A stretch of DNA of 53,112 nucleotides, counting the filler, from Bipalium vagum (lineage: Eukaryota), in the NCBI GenBank assembly GCA_037834085.1. It is 3 parts of 3 records of this genome, joined end to end, with 100 filler letters (N's around TTAATTAATTAA, not from the genome) between each part and the next. Parts side by side here need not be neighbours in the genome. Positions count along the whole stretch, not along the records: positions 33,699 to 53,112 come from JBBMKC010003649.1; 2 more parts are not named here. One strand, given 5' to 3'. Both the position numbers and the translations under genes were made by a program. The notes under the pieces were generated by a model. It saw nothing but the letters and a program-made list of their open reading frames with translations. It was not told where the DNA came from and did not search any database. Below are positions 50,305-53,112 of this stretch, piece after piece. The first letter of the stretch is position 1. The number at the start of each line of letters is the position of its first letter.

Positions 50305-53112
50305 GTAAGTAATTTTAGTTACGGTTTTTTGTATTTTTCCGATATCAATTGACCAAATAAAAGAGACTATTTATATTATGATTTTTAAATTAATTTTTAT
50401 TTAAATTTTTACTATATATATTTTATATATAATAAAAAATTTAATTTACTCATATATTCGTCAATTGAGTACAGAAAGATTCATTTAAACGGATTTTAAT
50501 TACTTTTTATTGACAGTTGTTTGAATACAACTTTCGGAATGGTTTGAGAAAAAAGTGAATTTTCATTGTCATTAGAAATATTTAATTTGGTCTCAAATTT
50601 TTTATTTATAATTTTATTTTCTGTTCATTTATTTAATATTGAAAAATGCTGAACTTAAGATTAATATTTTTTAATGAACTCTTTCGAAATGTCAAAAATT
50701 CCCGAGAGGTTGTTTGAAAAATTAAGCCAGCCATCCTAAAGAAATACTGTTTCTGTATATGGAATTGTTATACAATTTTTTTTGAGCTTGCTTTCATTGA
50801 AAGAAAAAGAAATATTTTTTAAAATATGCGAATTATTCATCACAATTATTATTTATTTTATTGAAGATTATTCACTCTCATAATTTGTTTATATCATATA
50901 ACATTGAGATAAAATCTAAAAATTATAAATATTTGCATTATTTTATTACTATTTTAAGCACTCATTCGTATTGGGTATATTAAAATGGCTGCTTGCGCTT
51001 CATAAATTTAATTTGGTAAATACACAAAAAATTAAATTTGGAGGGTTTCAGTTATTTCTAAAAGAAACTGAGAATATATACTAAAATTTATATTATAGCT
51101 GCTGCAGTAATATGTGAAAAATCTTAGTGAAACTAATTAAAAACCAAATATTCAATAATAGTCTAACAGTGTATTGATCGTATTTTCCCTTACTTTTAAC
51201 AGTTTATTTTAATGAAACGAATAAATTTCACCTAAGTCACCTATCAGAACGATAATTGTGCGAATTATGAGACAATTATAATTCTCGGAATAGACAACTT
51301 AAAATTTTTAATCATTACATTATTACATATATTTAAATTTATTTATGGGTGTTGATCAAGAGAATAACTGTTTCAAAAAGTATTGATATTTACATAATAC
51401 ATTTTAAGAACTCAATCTATTTCTTTTGTTGAATATATCTTTTTGTTTTTAAGACATTGTAAGACTGTATGATAATATTTTTTAATTGAACAATTATTTT
51501 AATAAAGAATAATAATAATTATTATTATTTAATTTTCAGAACAAATCCTCTAAAAGTTGGTAAATATTTTTTGATTATAATCCCTTAGTTTAATATTTTT
51601 TAATGAAAAAATTAATCATACAAAAGAAAAAATGATTCAGGCCTCTATAATCGAATATTTTGGGTGAAATCCTTAAAACCTTTAAATTTTTTATGGATTA
51701 GTAATAATCAACTATTAAATCGTCAATAAAATAATACTACTGAAATACAAGACTCCAGTGAATAATGAGATTGTCACCGCCGAACTGTCAATTAATGCGG
51801 ATGGTAAATTACATCTCCTGTCAATGCTTAGCTTATTTGGAAGTAACCAACTGAAATTAACATAATTACATAATTATAATATCAATGAAGCTGATATTAT
51901 TTATCTGTGCGGTTATCGTAATATCATTGAAAATTTAGAGCAGGATAAACCTAAATTCCGATAACAGTCATAAAATTGTTCAAAACATTATTGATGTGCT
52001 CTAATTCTTTTTCGAAATAATATTTATTATTTTACCAATGTTATAATACCAAATAATAAGCAATAAGTGAAATTTTGTTTTCTTAGGTAGTAATGCTCAG
52101 CATATTTTACTGCAAGCTCATTCAGAAAAGTAAGCGTTACTGATTATTTTATAAAGAAAGTAGGGTAGACATAGAAACATTCACTTTTGTCGTGACTAAT
52201 TACGTATTAGTAAGTCGTCAGCATGTTTTGTGAATCATGCAGGCCTTGTCTCACCTGAACTTTTATTTTATTTTTATCGAAATCTTTTTCAGATCGTCGT
52301 TCCGATCTCAGTATCAAGTTAGTTTTTATTTAGTATTACTAGTGAAAATCTAATTTTCGTTTTTAAACAACGATTTATATTATTCATACGAATTAATAAT
52401 TGTTTAAATCAAATATTTTGTTTTAATGTAATATTTAAAGAATGCTTTTAGTTTAAATTGTTTGACATGTCCGAATATTATTTAATACTTCTATTGGACA
52501 ATTTTTCAAAAATTATAAAATCTTATTTCTAATATTTACTTTAAAAGAATATCTTTAAATATTTTTGTCCGGCGCAGTATGTTAAGCTTCTTAACTATTT
52601 AAATTTTTATTAATCAAATAGATTTATTATTGTGTTGACTGATTTGATCGATTTTCTACAATAAAAACTACCTATCTGACTTTCTTTTATTACAGTTAGG
52701 TTTATCATAACCCAACGAGAAAAGTAAAATAATGTTATCATGGTATGGTAACAATTTATTAAACTTCTATACAAAGTCACGAAAATATCAATTTTTAATC
52801 AAAAAACAGATTGCTACTAACAGCCAATTGCCTTCTGTACGTCAATAGCTCACTAAGATTAACCCTACTGTTATCTGGCCACACGAGTTAATCAATTCCT
52901 GAAACTACACTTCTAAAATAAAATAAAATTAATAATAACTCAAGCAAAGCGAACATAAGTATTTTTATAACATTATATAAATAAAACAAATAATTTAAGA
53001 TAATTCAATTGGGTCTATTAATTAAAATACGCCTCTTTGGTAACAGGACAATTAATACCTGTCAGAGGAAAAGGTCGGAAAAGACATGCAGATAACGAAG
53101 TAGTCCTGTCAG

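Overview
AT-rich eukaryotic (almost certainly animal) genomic DNA with very short spliceosomal introns. It is three contigs (1-16763, 16864-33598, 33699-53112) joined by artificial 100-nt spacers (44N-TTAATTAATTAA-44N). Contig 1 carries the most striking element, a minus-strand gene (ATG at 9845) built from 41 tandem ankyrin-repeat exons. Each exon encodes one repeat (mostly 99 nt, all phase 0), and the exons are separated by mutually homologous introns of about 45 nt. Variability is concentrated at the exon junctions, which encode the binding face. About 0.6 kb downstream, on the same strand, is a STE11/MAP3K-like Ser/Thr kinase that may be fused to the array. Contig 1 also has an unidentified, GC-richer region that is probably coding with micro-introns (13.6-16.7 kb), plus mariner and DD37E remnants. 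Contigs 2-3 are mostly decayed DNA transposons (mariner, DD37D, DD41D, IS630/Tc1-like, pogo, hAT), and contig 3 ends with the 5' part of a LASP (LIM-nebulin) gene. All gene models were assembled by eye; nothing was searched against databases.
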